From Vulcanibacillus sp. (GTDB taxonomy: Bacteria; Bacillota; Bacilli; Tepidibacillales; Tepidibacillaceae): a stretch of DNA of 64,000 nucleotides. Made by a program: the position numbers and the translations under genes. Positions within the stretch are counted from its first letter, which is position 1; each line of letters opens with the position of its first letter. Positions 18,585-29,322 of the stretch are shown piece by piece. Under the pieces are notes generated by a model. It did no database searches, was not told the origin of the DNA, and saw only the letters and a list, made by a program, of their open reading frames with translations. The stretch covers positions 51,945 to 115,944 of the forward strand of contig JBFXJF010000003.1 of assembly GCA_050175155.1 (NCBI GenBank), read 5' to 3'.

Positions 18585-19367
18585 ATGATTGAACTTGATT
18601 CTCTATATGCGTTTCTGTTAATCTTTGTAAGATTGACTGCGTTTTTTGTTTCAGCACCTATTTTTTCTTCAAGAAGTATTTCAATATATTATAAAATAGG
18701 GTTTAATTTTTTTCTTGTTGTTATCTTATTCCCATTTATTACTATTGATACCCAAGGACTTACAGATAATAATGGATTATTTATTTTACTATTATTGCAA
18801 GAGACGATAATTGGTCTGGTTATAGGTTGGATTGCACAGATGATATTTACAAGCATTCAAGTTGCCGGGTCGTTTATAGACATTCAAAACGGTCTAGGTA
18901 TGGCTAACGTAACTGACGCACAAACAGGTAATCAAATTCCTTTATTGGGAAATTTCAAATATGCTATTGCTGTTTTACTATTTTTTTCACTTGATATTCA
19001 TCATCTACTTATCGATAGTATAATTTCCAGCTATAATATTTTACCAATAGGTGATGATTGGATAGTCCAACTTAATAGCGAGCCTGTTTTAATTTTTATA
19101 TTAACGACTTTTTTAAAGATGTTTTTACTTGCTTTTAAAATTGCCGCTCCAATAGTTGTTACATTATTAATCTCTGATATAACACTAGGTATAATAGCAA
19201 GAACAGTTCCACAGTTAAACGTATTTGTAATTGGATTACCCTTAAAGGTTTTATTGAATTATATAATAATGTTTTTTATCGTTGCTGGTTTTATTTATAT
19301 GTATAATGAGGTATTTAAAGAAATGCTGATAGCTATGAAAAATCTTATGAATTTAATGGGGTTATAA
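18585..19367 (+). CDS. fliR: Flagellar export gate protein FliR
   Basis: 260-aa polytopic membrane protein with a FLLIFVRLTAFFVSAPIF N-terminus. Position is fliQ-fliR-flhB. Confidence 0.9.
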   Translation: MIELDSLYAFLLIFVRLTAFFVSAPIFSSRSISIYYKIGFNFFLVVILFPFITIDTQGLTDNNGLFILLLLQETIIGLVIGWIAQMIFTSIQVAGSFIDIQNGLGMANVTDAQTGNQIPLLGNFKYAIAVLLFFSLDIHHLLIDSIISSYNILPIGDDWIVQLNSEPVLIFILTTFLKMFLLAFKIAAPIVVTLLISDITLGIIARTVPQLNVFVIGLPLKVLLNYIIMFFIVAGFIYMYNEVFKEMLIAMKNLMNLMGL

Positions 19368-19368
19368 A

Positions 19369-20454
19369 ATGGCTAAATTACAGATGAACTTACAATATTT
19401 TGCTGGTGAAAAAACAGAGAAAGCAACTTCTAAGAAAAAGAAAGAGTCTAGGGATAAAGGACAAGTAGCTAAAACAAATGAATTACCATCGGGATTAATA
19501 TTTTTGCTAGTGTTTTTATCGTTTTTCATCTTAGGTCCCTTTTTAGCTGGCAGGATAATTTCATTATATAAGAAAATTTTAAATGAGTATATTTTATGGG
19601 ATATTACAGTTGAAAGTATAAGACCGTTATTCATCGAAATAATTTATGATATAACATGGATAATGATACCGATTTTTATTATTGTTTTAGTAGGTGCTTT
19701 AGTAGGAAATTTAATCCAGGTTGGTTTTCTTTTTACTGGTGAACCATTAAAGTTTAATTTAGAGAAAATTAATCCTATAGCTGGAGCAAAAAAAATATTT
19801 TCTACACGTGCACTAGTAGAGTTGACAAAATCAATATTAAAAATAGTTATTATTTCCTATCTAGTAATTTCTATCTTGGTTGATGAAAGGAAAACATTAT
19901 TTTCTTTATACTATTTTGACATCTATCAAATATTAACTTATATTGGTAAATTGGTAGTGGAGTTAGGATTAAAGTGTTCGATTTTATTAATTATTTTGGC
20001 ATTTTTCGATTATCTTTATCAAAAGTACGATCACGAAAAGAAACTTCGCATGTCAAAACAGGACATTAAAGATGAATACAAAAAATCAGATGGTGATCCA
20101 CTTATTAAAGGTAAAATTAAGCAAAAACAAAGACAAATGGCGATGAGTAGAATGATGCAATCTATCCCAGATGCTGATGTTATTATAACTAATCCTTCGC
20201 ATTTTGCAGTAGCAATTACTTATAAACCAGATGAGATGAGTGCACCTAAAGTAGTTGCAAAAGGGATGGATAACATTGCTATTAAGATAAAAGAGATTGC
20301 CTTAAAGAACGATATCTCAACTGTTGAGAACATTTGGCTAGCAAGAAGTTTGTATCATCAAGTTGAAATAGGTGATTCAGTTCCATCTGACTTATATCAT
20401 GCCGTTGCTGAGACTTTAGCTTATGTGTATAAAATAAAGGGATTAATTAAATAA
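19369..20454 (+). CDS. flhB: Flagellar export switch protein FlhB
   Basis: 361 aa with an N-terminal LQYFAGEKTEKAT, four TM segments and a cytoplasmic domain. The autocleavage motif reads NPSH (ITNPSHFAVAI) rather than the canonical NPTH. Confidence 0.95.
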   Translation: MAKLQMNLQYFAGEKTEKATSKKKKESRDKGQVAKTNELPSGLIFLLVFLSFFILGPFLAGRIISLYKKILNEYILWDITVESIRPLFIEIIYDITWIMIPIFIIVLVGALVGNLIQVGFLFTGEPLKFNLEKINPIAGAKKIFSTRALVELTKSILKIVIISYLVISILVDERKTLFSLYYFDIYQILTYIGKLVVELGLKCSILLIILAFFDYLYQKYDHEKKLRMSKQDIKDEYKKSDGDPLIKGKIKQKQRQMAMSRMMQSIPDADVIITNPSHFAVAITYKPDEMSAPKVVAKGMDNIAIKIKEIALKNDISTVENIWLARSLYHQVEIGDSVPSDLYHAVAETLAYVYKIKGLIK

Positions 20455-20480
20455 AGTTATTAATTAAGGGTGAAAAAAAG

Positions 20481-22523
20481 GTGAGTCTAAACTATTTAAA
20501 GCAAATTACAATTCCAGTATTTATAGTACTTATATTATTGATGATGGTATTACCACTTGGCACATCATTTTTAAGCTTCTTATTAATAATAAACATTTCT
20601 TTGGCCCTAATTATTATATTAGTTTCGATGTTCATTAAAGATCCTTTGCAATTCTCTATATTTCCTTCCCTTTTATTAATAACGACTTTATTTCGCCTAG
20701 CATTAAATGTATCTACTACAAGGTCGATATTATCTAAGGGAGATGCAGGAGACGTAGTTGACACCTTTGGTAATTTTGTTGCAGCTGGGAATGTAGTAGT
20801 AGGTTTTGTTGTTTTTATTATTTTAGTTGTTATTAATTTTATAGTTATAACTAAAGGTTCAGAACGTGTGGCAGAAGTAGCAGCTCGCTTTACTCTTGAT
20901 GCGATGCCAGGTAAACAGATGAGTATTGATGCCGATTTGAATGCGGGCATGATTACTGAGCATGAGGCAAGAGAGAGAAGAAAAAATATTGAAAGACAAG
21001 CAGATTTTTATGGGGCAATGGATGGTGCAACTAAATTCGTTAAGGGCGATGCAATCGCAGGAATTATTATTACATTAATTAATATACTCGGTGGTCTTAT
21101 TATTGGTGTACTTAGCTTTGGGCTAACAATTGGTGAATCTGCGGAAAAATTTACTATTTTATCTATCGGGGATGGATTAGTTAGTCAAATCCCTGCTCTT
21201 TTAATATCAACTGCAACTGCGATGATAGTTACACGTGCTGCTTCTGAAGGTAATTTAAGTGAAGATATTACTGCTCAATTATTTGCTTATCCTAAATTAT
21301 TATATATCGTTGCAATGACTATTGCTTTTCTAGGATTTTTTACACCTATTAAGATTATAACAACTCTTCCGATTGCAATATTATTAAGTATTGCTGCTTA
21401 TATAATGCATAATAACCTCACAAACAAAGAAGACTCGGCCAAAAAAGCCGATGAGGAACAACAGGTTGAAAAAATTCGAAGTCCGGAAAACGTGGTCCAA
21501 TTGTTACACGTGGATGCTATAGAGTTTGAATTTGGTTACGGACTAATCCCAATAGCAGATGTAAATCGTGGTGGTGATTTACTTGACAGGGTAATTATGA
21601 TTAGAAAACAGATAGCTCTAGAATTAGGATTAATGGTTCCTGTTATAAGAATAAGGGATAACATACAACTAAAACCAAATCAATATATAGTTAAAATAAA
21701 GGGTAATAAAGTAGCAGAAGGTGAGGTTTTCCTAGATCACTATCTAGCTATGAGTTCAGGTGTAGAGGATAAAACTATTACTGGAATAGAAACGGTAGAG
21801 CCTGCTTTTGGATTAGCTGCTTTATGGGTAAATGAACAGAATAAAGAAAAAGCTGAAATGGCAAGATATACCGTTGTAGATGCACCATCTGTTATTGCAA
21901 CACATTTAACTGAAATTATCAAAAGACATGCATATGAATTATTAGGAAGACAAGAAGTTAAGAATTTGGTCGATCATATAAAAGAATCTCAACCAGCATT
22001 GATTGAGGAGCTTGTTCCAAAATTATTAACTCTTGGTGAATTACAAAAGGTTTTAGCTAGTCTTTTAAAAGAAAGAATATCTATTCGTAATTTAGTTACT
22101 ATTTTTGAAACGTTAGCTGATCAGGCTCCTTACACTAAAGATACAATGGTTCTAACTGAATATGTAAGACGTTCAATTTCAAGACAAATTACATTGCAAT
22201 ATACAGAATCTAATAAGTCGATTAAAGTAATAACAATTGGACCGGCATTAGAAAAAAGAATTGCTGAAGGGGTTCAGCATACAGATCAAGGAAGTTATCT
22301 TGCAATTGATCCTACTTCAACTCAAATTATTTATAATAAATTAAATGAACAAGTGAACAGAATATTACAAATGGGTCAACAACCGATTATACTTACATCT
22401 CCAATAATTAGAGTGTACTTTAGACAATTTATTGAGAGATTAATGCCAGATATTCCAGTTTTATCTTACAATGAATTAGAACCATATATTGAAGTACAAA
22501 GTGTAGGGGTGGTGAATTTATAA
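20481..22523 (+). CDS. flhA: Flagellar export gate protein FlhA
   Basis: 680 aa with a polytopic N-domain carrying FHIPEP-family blocks (ERVAEVAARFTLDAMPGKQMSIDADL, FVKGDAIAGIIIT) and a large cytoplasmic C-domain. GTG start. Confidence 0.95.
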   Translation: MSLNYLKQITIPVFIVLILLMMVLPLGTSFLSFLLIINISLALIIILVSMFIKDPLQFSIFPSLLLITTLFRLALNVSTTRSILSKGDAGDVVDTFGNFVAAGNVVVGFVVFIILVVINFIVITKGSERVAEVAARFTLDAMPGKQMSIDADLNAGMITEHEARERRKNIERQADFYGAMDGATKFVKGDAIAGIIITLINILGGLIIGVLSFGLTIGESAEKFTILSIGDGLVSQIPALLISTATAMIVTRAASEGNLSEDITAQLFAYPKLLYIVAMTIAFLGFFTPIKIITTLPIAILLSIAAYIMHNNLTNKEDSAKKADEEQQVEKIRSPENVVQLLHVDAIEFEFGYGLIPIADVNRGGDLLDRVIMIRKQIALELGLMVPVIRIRDNIQLKPNQYIVKIKGNKVAEGEVFLDHYLAMSSGVEDKTITGIETVEPAFGLAALWVNEQNKEKAEMARYTVVDAPSVIATHLTEIIKRHAYELLGRQEVKNLVDHIKESQPALIEELVPKLLTLGELQKVLASLLKERISIRNLVTIFETLADQAPYTKDTMVLTEYVRRSISRQITLQYTESNKSIKVITIGPALEKRIAEGVQHTDQGSYLAIDPTSTQIIYNKLNEQVNRILQMGQQPIILTSPIIRVYFRQFIERLMPDIPVLSYNELEPYIEVQSVGVVNL

Positions 22524-23794
22524 TGAAGGTTAAAAAATATATAGTAGACTCCTTACCACAAGCATTAAATGAAATTAAAAAGGATTTGGGAAATGATGCA
22601 ATAATTATTCAAACAAAAAAAATAAAAGTAGGTGGATTTTTAAAATTATTTCGAAAAGATAAAATCGAAGTAATTGCAGCTGTTGATCAAAGAAAAATTG
22701 AACCTATTAAGCAAAAAATTAATACACAATACTCGGCTGCTAATTACATCTCAAATAATAATGATGTGCAATATAAAAGCTATAATTATGGTCAGGGTAA
22801 CAATACTACGGTTCCATTTGTTGAAAAGAAAACAATCCCAAATGTTAACCAGGTGGAATATACTCAAAATAACATTGTTAACAGTAAGGAAGATTTTATA
22901 AATAACAATGTTTCTGAATCTTTAAAGTCAGAGGTAAGTGAACTGAAAAATCTAATATTAAAAATGGTTATGAACCAAAACAATGAGAATAACCAAAGCG
23001 GTTACTCAAAGGAAATTAAAGACGTATACGAGATATTAATAAAGCAAGGTGTTAAAGAGAAGATAGCTACTAAAATAATTGAAAATGTTGTTGAATCAGC
23101 AGGGGATAACATTGATAGTATTGATATAATTCAAGCAGTAAAAAAATATATTACGGATGTCTTTAAGGAAACAAATAAAAATGAATTTGAAATCGAAAAT
23201 GATACAAGAATAGTACATTTTGTAGGACCAACGGGAGTGGGCAAAACAACAACGATTGCAAAGTTAGCTGCAGAGAAAGTATTGAAGCAAAACAAAAAAA
23301 TAGCTTTTATTACTGCAGATACTTATCGAATAGGTGCAGTAGATCAGTTAAGAATCTACGCAGAGATATTTAATTCGCCAGTTGAAGTAGTATTTTCTCC
23401 TCAAGATACGCAAAAAGCAATAGAAAAATTAAAAAATTACGGATTAATATTCATGGATACAGCTGGAAGAAATTATAAAGATGATATGTATATTTCGGAG
23501 TTAATTAATTTTTTATCAAAAAACGTTAAAAGTGAGACTTATCTAGTTCTTAGTCTAACTCATAAATTTGAAGATTTAGTTACGATATTAGAACAATTTA
23601 AAAAAGTTAAAATTGAAAAGTTATTATTTACAAAAATAGACGAAACATTAACTTATGGTAGTATTATTAATATTATTTTTTCATATCCATATCAATTTTC
23701 TTATATAACTTTTGGACAGAACGTGCCAGATGATATAGAAAAATTTAATATAGAGAAAATTTTAAATCTTATACTAGGAGGTACGGAAAAATAA
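22523..23794 (+). CDS. flhF: Flagellar SRP-type GTPase FlhF
   Basis: 423 aa with a low-complexity N/Q/Y-rich B-domain followed by NG-domain motifs [20 protein letters not shown] and TKIDET. Confidence 0.9.
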   Translation: MKVKKYIVDSLPQALNEIKKDLGNDAIIIQTKKIKVGGFLKLFRKDKIEVIAAVDQRKIEPIKQKINTQYSAANYISNNNDVQYKSYNYGQGNNTTVPFVEKKTIPNVNQVEYTQNNIVNSKEDFINNNVSESLKSEVSELKNLILKMVMNQNNENNQSGYSKEIKDVYEILIKQGVKEKIATKIIENVVESAGDNIDSIDIIQAVKKYITDVFKETNKNEFEIENDTRIVHFVGPTGVGKTTTIAKLAAEKVLKQNKKIAFITADTYRIGAVDQLRIYAEIFNSPVEVVFSPQDTQKAIEKLKNYGLIFMDTAGRNYKDDMYISELINFLSKNVKSETYLVLSLTHKFEDLVTILEQFKKVKIEKLLFTKIDETLTYGSIINIIFSYPYQFSYITFGQNVPDDIEKFNIEKILNLILGGTEK

Positions 23795-24660
23795 TGATAG
23801 TTGACCAAGCCTCTGGTTTAAGAAAAAAGATGTCAGATATAGTAGATTCCGATTCCTCTACCAAAATTATAACTGTTACAAGCGGCAAGGGGGGAGTAGG
23901 TAAATCAAATATAACTTTAAATTTTGCATTAGCTTTACTTGATAAAGGATATAATGTTGCTGTACTGGATGGAGATATTGGATTTTCTAATATTGATATA
24001 TTAATGGGAATAGTACCTAAATATACATTACTAGATTTATTAGAAAAACATTTAGAAATATGGGATATCCTAGAAGAAGGAACTAATGGATTACAATTTA
24101 TAGCGGGGGGATCAGATTTAGAAAATCTTTTTAACTATACTAGAAATAGTTTCCCTTATTTGATTGATCAGCTTTCATTGCTTAATGGAAAGATTGATAT
24201 TCTTTTAATCGATACAGGAGCGGGAATTAATCAGGAATCTCTAAGATTATTACTTGCCTCTGACGAAGTATTTATTGTAACTACTCCAGAGCCTACATCT
24301 GTAACTGATTCCTATGCAATGATTAAATTATTAAAAACAAGAAAGAAAGATATTAAATTAAGTTTAATAATTAATCAAATAGGAGACGAGGATGAAGGTT
24401 CTCGTACAGCAAGCAAGTTAAAATTAGTTACCGAAAGATTTCTAGATTCGGATATTAACTTACTAGGATATATATATAAAGACGAGATTGTATCAAAATC
24501 AGTTAAGAAACAGATACCTTTTTATATAAATTTTCCTAATAGTAAACCTACTAAAAATATAAAACTATTAGTTGATAGATTTATTAATAATTCTCAAGCT
24601 ACTTCTAAATCAAATGGGGTTAGAGGTTTTCTAGAAAAACTAACAAAGAATGTATTTTAA
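23794..24660 (+). CDS. flhG: Flagellar number/placement ATPase FlhG (YlxH, MinD/ParA family)
   Basis: 288 aa with an N-terminal DQASGLR (the FlhF-activating DQAxxLR motif), a deviant Walker A SGKGGVGKSN, and a C-terminal amphipathic stretch GFLEKLTKNVF. Confidence 0.9.
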   Translation: MIVDQASGLRKKMSDIVDSDSSTKIITVTSGKGGVGKSNITLNFALALLDKGYNVAVLDGDIGFSNIDILMGIVPKYTLLDLLEKHLEIWDILEEGTNGLQFIAGGSDLENLFNYTRNSFPYLIDQLSLLNGKIDILLIDTGAGINQESLRLLLASDEVFIVTTPEPTSVTDSYAMIKLLKTRKKDIKLSLIINQIGDEDEGSRTASKLKLVTERFLDSDINLLGYIYKDEIVSKSVKKQIPFYINFPNSKPTKNIKLLVDRFINNSQATSKSNGVRGFLEKLTKNVF

Positions 24661-24673
24661 AAGGGGTGATAAT

Positions 24674-25741
24674 ATGAAAAAAATTCGTGTACTAGTTGTA
24701 GATGATTCGATTTTTATGATAAATTTAATTACCGATATTTTAAAAGATAGTGGTGTTATAGAAATAATTGGTACGGCTAGTGATGGGAAAGAGGCTGTTG
24801 AAAAAGCAAAATCTTTATCGCCCGACGTAATGACAATGGATATTGAAATGCCTAAAAAAAATGGACTTGATGCACTTAAAGAAATAATGCAAGTAAATCC
24901 GTTACCAATAATTATGTTGAGTTTTTTAACAGAACGTGGTGCTGATGTAACAATTCAAGCTTTACAATATGGGGCTTTTGATTTTGTTACAAAACCTTCA
25001 AATATTAAATCTGAAAATATAATAGAAATTAAGAATGATATAATTGATAAAGTATTACTTGCTTACAGTCAAAGAGAAAAATGGATTACACAGTGGAACA
25101 AAATAGGAAAAATTGTTGAGAAAAAGAATTATTACTTTGATAATAAAAGCGATAGTATTGAAGGAATAGTTGCAATTGGTATCTCAACAGGTGGACCAAA
25201 GGCACTCCAAGAAGTAATCCCAGGTATACCAAAACATTTTCCATACAGCATATTGATTGTTCAGCATATGCCTGCAGGCTTTACAAACTCTTTAGCTAAT
25301 CGTTTAGATTCCATATCTCAAATACGAGTAGTAGAGGCAAAGGATGGACAAGAATTAGAAAAAGGTACCGCATATTTAGCGCCAGGAAATTTTCATATGA
25401 CAGTAGTTAAAAATAGTATAAAATATCAAATTAAGTTAGATCAGAATGAGCATGTAGGTGGTCTTCGTCCCTCAGTAGACGTTCTATATAAATCATTAAA
25501 AGATATTAAACTTGATAAAATATTTGTTGTTATGACTGGTATGGGGAGTGATGGAACAAAGGGCTTACTTGAAGCAAAGAATGAAAAGAAAGATTTAGTA
25601 ATAGCTGAAGATGAAAAATCATGCATAGTATTTGGAATGCCAAAATCAGCAATTCAAAGTGGCTTGGTTGATGAAATTATTCTATTAAATGAGATTTCAG
25701 ATTTTATAGTTAATAATGTTAAAAAGAAAAGGGGGTGCTAG
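24674..25741 (+). CDS. cheB: Chemotaxis methylesterase/response regulator CheB
   Basis: Receiver domain (VLVVDDS, MDIEMPKKNG) plus methylesterase domain (GISTGGPKAL, VQHMPAGFT, MTGMGSDG). ATG 24674 after AAGGGGTGA is preferred over ATG 24650. Confidence 0.9.
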   Translation: MKKIRVLVVDDSIFMINLITDILKDSGVIEIIGTASDGKEAVEKAKSLSPDVMTMDIEMPKKNGLDALKEIMQVNPLPIIMLSFLTERGADVTIQALQYGAFDFVTKPSNIKSENIIEIKNDIIDKVLLAYSQREKWITQWNKIGKIVEKKNYYFDNKSDSIEGIVAIGISTGGPKALQEVIPGIPKHFPYSILIVQHMPAGFTNSLANRLDSISQIRVVEAKDGQELEKGTAYLAPGNFHMTVVKNSIKYQIKLDQNEHVGGLRPSVDVLYKSLKDIKLDKIFVVMTGMGSDGTKGLLEAKNEKKDLVIAEDEKSCIVFGMPKSAIQSGLVDEIILLNEISDFIVNNVKKKRGC

Positions 25742-25743
25742 TG

Positions 25744-27726
25744 ATGGATATGAATCAATACATGAATATATTTATTGACGAAGCTAAAGAACATCTAATT
25801 AAACTTAACGAGTGGTTATTAAAGTTAGAAAATGAACCCAATAATAATGATATAATTAATGAGATATTTCGATCAGCTCATACATTAAAGGGTTCTGCCG
25901 CAACAATGGGATTTGAAAAGATGGCGACACTAACGCATGAAATGGAAAATTTATTAGATTTAGTTAGAAATAGAAAAATTACTGTAAATGTGCATATTAT
26001 AGATTTAATGTTTAAATGTCTAGATGTGTTGGATAGAACAGTTAATTCTATTAGCACTGAAGGAAATGATAATGTAGATTCCCATGATATTCTTCTTAAG
26101 GTAAAAGAAATAACTAATAGTACTATGCCAATAATAACCAAATCCTTTGAAAAAATAAAATCGGATGAATTACTAGTTTATGATCAATATGAAACAACAT
26201 TGCTTGAGCAGTCGATAGAAAATGGTTATTTTGTAAATAAGATTACAGTTACTATTCATGAAGAAACTGCATTAAAATCTGTTAGGGCATTCATGGTATT
26301 AAATGAAGTAGAAAAATTTGGTGATGTAGTTAAAATAAAACCATCAATAGAAGATTTAGAAAACGGGAATTTTGATAATGTTTTTACTTTAATTCTCATT
26401 TCAAGAGAAGATAAAGAAGTTATAAAAAAGGCTATATCAAACATATCCGAGATTACATCGGTAAATATTACCTTACTTTTTAGAAATGATATTGCTGCTA
26501 CTAATAGTAAAGAAGAAAATATTCTAGATGAAGTCAATAATTTAGATATTGTATCTACTAATTCGAAAAAGTTTGTTAATAAAATGGTTAGAGTTGATAT
26601 AACTAGATTAGATGAATTAATGAATTTATTTAGTGAATTAATCATTGATCGTGGTCAGTTAGAAAAATTAGGCGGAGATATTAGGAATAGCGAACTTACC
26701 AATATTATAAAACATATTAATCGAATAACTACTGATTTACAAAATAATATTTTAAATTTAAGAATGGTTCCAGTAGAACAGGTATTTAATCGTTTTCCAA
26801 GGATGGTAAGAGATTTATCCAAGGATTTAAATAAAAAAGTTGAATTAAATATTATTGGTTCTGAAACTGAGCTTGATAGGACTGTTATTGATGAAATAGG
26901 TGATCCACTAGTACATTTAATACGTAATGCTATAGATCATGGATTGGAATCTACAGAAGATAGAATAAGAAATAATAAACCAGAAACTGGTACTATTACA
27001 TTAAAGGCGTATCATAGTGGGAATTACATTCTTATTGAAATAAGTGATGATGGTAGAGGGATAGATATAGAAAAAACTTTAAAATTGGCAGTTGAAAGAA
27101 AGTTTTTAAATAATGATGATGTGGCGAATATATCTAAAGAGGGAGTTTACAATATTTTATTTAAACCAGGTTTTAGTACTGCAAAAAAAGTTACGGATGT
27201 TTCTGGGCGTGGAGTAGGTTTAGATGTTGTAAAAAACAAGATTGAGTCTTTAGGGGGCTTTATTTCAATTGAATCTGATTTAGGTAAAGGGACTGTATTT
27301 ACTATTCAGTTACCATTAACTTTATCGATTATTTCTTCAATGTTAGTAAGTGTTCAAGGGGAAGAATATTCTATACCACTAAGTTCAATAGTTGAGACTG
27401 CTGTTTATAGCAAGAGCTTTATAAAATATGCACAAGGCCAAGAGGTAATCGATTTTAGAGGAACCATTGTTCCAATAATCTATCTTGATAAAATTTTCAA
27501 AATACCTAAAATTACTGAAGTTGATGGTGATGAAATTGCGGTTGTTCTTGTTAAGAAAAGGGACCAGATTGCTGGTTTGGTTGTAGATTCTTTCATCGGA
27601 CAACAAGAGATTGTTTTAAAATCATTAGGTTCTTATTTGAAAAATATTTTCGCTATATCGGGTGCAACAATTTTGGGCGATGGTCAAGTAGCATTAATTA
27701 TTGATACTAATGCCTTAATTAGATAG
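25744..27726 (+). CDS. cheA: Chemotaxis histidine kinase CheA
   Basis: HPt site HTLKGSAATMGF, kinase boxes HLIRNAIDHG, DDGRGID and GRGVGLDVV, and a C-terminal CheW-like domain. Start is ambiguous (GTG 25735/25741, ATG 25744/25750); 25744 has the best spacing to AAAAGGGGG. Confidence 0.93.
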   Translation: MDMNQYMNIFIDEAKEHLIKLNEWLLKLENEPNNNDIINEIFRSAHTLKGSAATMGFEKMATLTHEMENLLDLVRNRKITVNVHIIDLMFKCLDVLDRTVNSISTEGNDNVDSHDILLKVKEITNSTMPIITKSFEKIKSDELLVYDQYETTLLEQSIENGYFVNKITVTIHEETALKSVRAFMVLNEVEKFGDVVKIKPSIEDLENGNFDNVFTLILISREDKEVIKKAISNISEITSVNITLLFRNDIAATNSKEENILDEVNNLDIVSTNSKKFVNKMVRVDITRLDELMNLFSELIIDRGQLEKLGGDIRNSELTNIIKHINRITTDLQNNILNLRMVPVEQVFNRFPRMVRDLSKDLNKKVELNIIGSETELDRTVIDEIGDPLVHLIRNAIDHGLESTEDRIRNNKPETGTITLKAYHSGNYILIEISDDGRGIDIEKTLKLAVERKFLNNDDVANISKEGVYNILFKPGFSTAKKVTDVSGRGVGLDVVKNKIESLGGFISIESDLGKGTVFTIQLPLTLSIISSMLVSVQGEEYSIPLSSIVETAVYSKSFIKYAQGQEVIDFRGTIVPIIYLDKIFKIPKITEVDGDEIAVVLVKKRDQIAGLVVDSFIGQQEIVLKSLGSYLKNIFAISGATILGDGQVALIIDTNALIR

Positions 27727-27737
27727 GGGATAACAAT

Positions 27738-28220
27738 ATGTTAAAAGGAAACGAACGTATAATTGAAGAGATAAAGGTTATTAAATTCAAACTTAAAAAT
27801 GAAGAATATGGTGTTGATGTAAAGCAGGTTAAATCAATAGAGCGTATGGAACATATTACTAGAGTACCAAACACTCCTCCTTTTGTTAAAGGTGTTATAA
27901 ATTTAAGAGGCGTTGTAATTCCAATCATTGATTTAAGGAAAAGACTTGGATTTGAATTGAAAGATTATAATGAACAGACGAGAATTATAATTGTAAATGT
28001 AGAAGAGATGGAAGTAGGATTAATTGTTGATGCGGCTAATGACGTTTTAGATATACCCTTAAGTTCAATTGCACCCCCACCGAAAGTAATAGGGGGGATT
28101 GATTCTGAATATTTAAGTGGGGTAGCAAAAATTAATGATAGTTTACTAGTATTATTAAATCTGAACAAGGTGTTAGATCCTAACGAAGTTAAAGAATTAG
28201 AGAAGTTTGGTATAGAATAA
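27738..28220 (+). CDS. cheW: Chemotaxis coupling protein CheW
   Basis: 160 aa. EYGVDVKQVKSIERMEHITRVPNTPPFVKGVINLRGVVIPIIDLRKR is a typical CheW domain. Confidence 0.9.
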   Translation: MLKGNERIIEEIKVIKFKLKNEEYGVDVKQVKSIERMEHITRVPNTPPFVKGVINLRGVVIPIIDLRKRLGFELKDYNEQTRIIIVNVEEMEVGLIVDAANDVLDIPLSSIAPPPKVIGGIDSEYLSGVAKINDSLLVLLNLNKVLDPNEVKELEKFGIE

Positions 28221-28843
28221 TGAGTTTTGATATTAACAAAGTAAAAGATAGTCATCTGGATATTCTAAAAGAAATAGGAAACATTGGAGCGGGTCATGCA
28301 GCTACAGCTTTATCGAAAATTATTCAAAAGCCAATTGATATGAATGTACCAAGTGTAGATATGCTTAATTTTGGTGATTTAGAGAAACTATTTAGTGAAG
28401 AGGAAAGCGTAGTAGTTGGTATATTTCTTAGACTAGATGGAAGTATTAAAGCTAATTTATTTTATATTATGCCTGTTATAACTGCTAAAGAATTACTGGG
28501 AAAATTTTTTAAAAATGGAGTAACAACAGGATTGGATTTTTCGGAAATTGAGATATCAGCTCTACTCGAATTGGGAAACATTTTAGCTGGCTCATACATT
28601 ACTTCTTTGGCTGATTTTACTAATTTAACAATGTATCCTTCTGTTCCATCAATGACTATTGATTTAGCAAATGCAATACTTGGTTTTGGACTAATCCCAA
28701 TTAGTCAGGTTAGTGATGTTGCAATTTTAATTAACACTAGATTTATTGAAGGAGAGAATTATTTAGAGGGACAACTTTTCTTAATTCCAGACCCAGATGC
28801 TTATGCAATATTATTCTCATCATTAGGAGCTCCACTTATATGA
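28220..28843 (+). CDS. cheC: CheY-P phosphatase CheC
   Basis: 207 aa with duplicated CheC motifs DILKEIGNIGAGHAATALS and ALLELGNILAGSYITSLA. Position is cheW-cheC-cheD. Confidence 0.8.
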   Translation: MSFDINKVKDSHLDILKEIGNIGAGHAATALSKIIQKPIDMNVPSVDMLNFGDLEKLFSEEESVVVGIFLRLDGSIKANLFYIMPVITAKELLGKFFKNGVTTGLDFSEIEISALLELGNILAGSYITSLADFTNLTMYPSVPSMTIDLANAILGFGLIPISQVSDVAILINTRFIEGENYLEGQLFLIPDPDAYAILFSSLGAPLI

Positions 28844-29322
28844 ATATTATTAAAGTTAATATTGCTGACCTTAACACAGCTATTGCACCTGATAGAATTA
28901 AAACGGTTGGGCTTGGTTCTTGCATAGGGATTATAATATTCGATCAAAAAAATTTAGTTGCTGGTTTAGCACATATAATGCTTCCTACTGCTGATATATC
29001 AAAAGAAATTACAAATAAGGCTAAATATGCAAATACAGCAGTACCATTGCTATTAGAAGAAATGAGCAAACTTGGCGCTCTTAAACAAAATATGTTTGCT
29101 AAAATCGCAGGCGGTGCACAGATGTTTAAATATACAGCATCTAATGATATACTTAATATAGGTCCAAGAAATATTGAAGCTACTAAAAAAATTTTATTAG
29201 AATATAAAATACCAGTAATAGCTGAAGATGTGGGTGGGACTATCGGAAGAACAATTGAGTTTGATTTAGAAACGGGATTACTACATATTAGAACTGCTAA
29301 TCAGGGTGATAAGAAAATATGA
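28840..29322 (+). CDS. cheD: Chemoreceptor glutamine deamidase CheD
   Basis: 160 aa with GLGSCIGIIIFD (Cys nucleophile context), GLAHIMLP and GGAQMF. Confidence 0.85.
   Translation: MNIIKVNIADLNTAIAPDRIKTVGLGSCIGIIIFDQKNLVAGLAHIMLPTADISKEITNKAKYANTAVPLLLEEMSKLGALKQNMFAKIAGGAQMFKYTASNDILNIGPRNIEATKKILLEYKIPVIAEDVGGTIGRTIEFDLETGLLHIRTANQGDKKI

Noticed and set aside
20492-20950. 152-aa minus-strand ORF antisense to flhA
   Set aside because: It is a shadow ORF opposite the conserved FHIPEP region of flhA, with no start context. The other minus-strand track ORFs, all 60-129 aa, were rejected for the same reason.
22674-22901. 75-aa same-strand alternative-frame ORF inside flhF
   Set aside because: It falls within the low-complexity N/Q/Y-rich B-domain coding region of flhF. 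It has no RBS, and the open frame is explained by composition.
22730-22960. Asparagine/glutamine/tyrosine-rich stretch in flhF (and a similar one in fliK) as a possible tandem repeat or recent insertion
   Set aside because: I could find no repeating unit at the nucleotide level. It is consistent with the naturally disordered B-domain of FlhF and the linker of FliK in an AT-rich genome.
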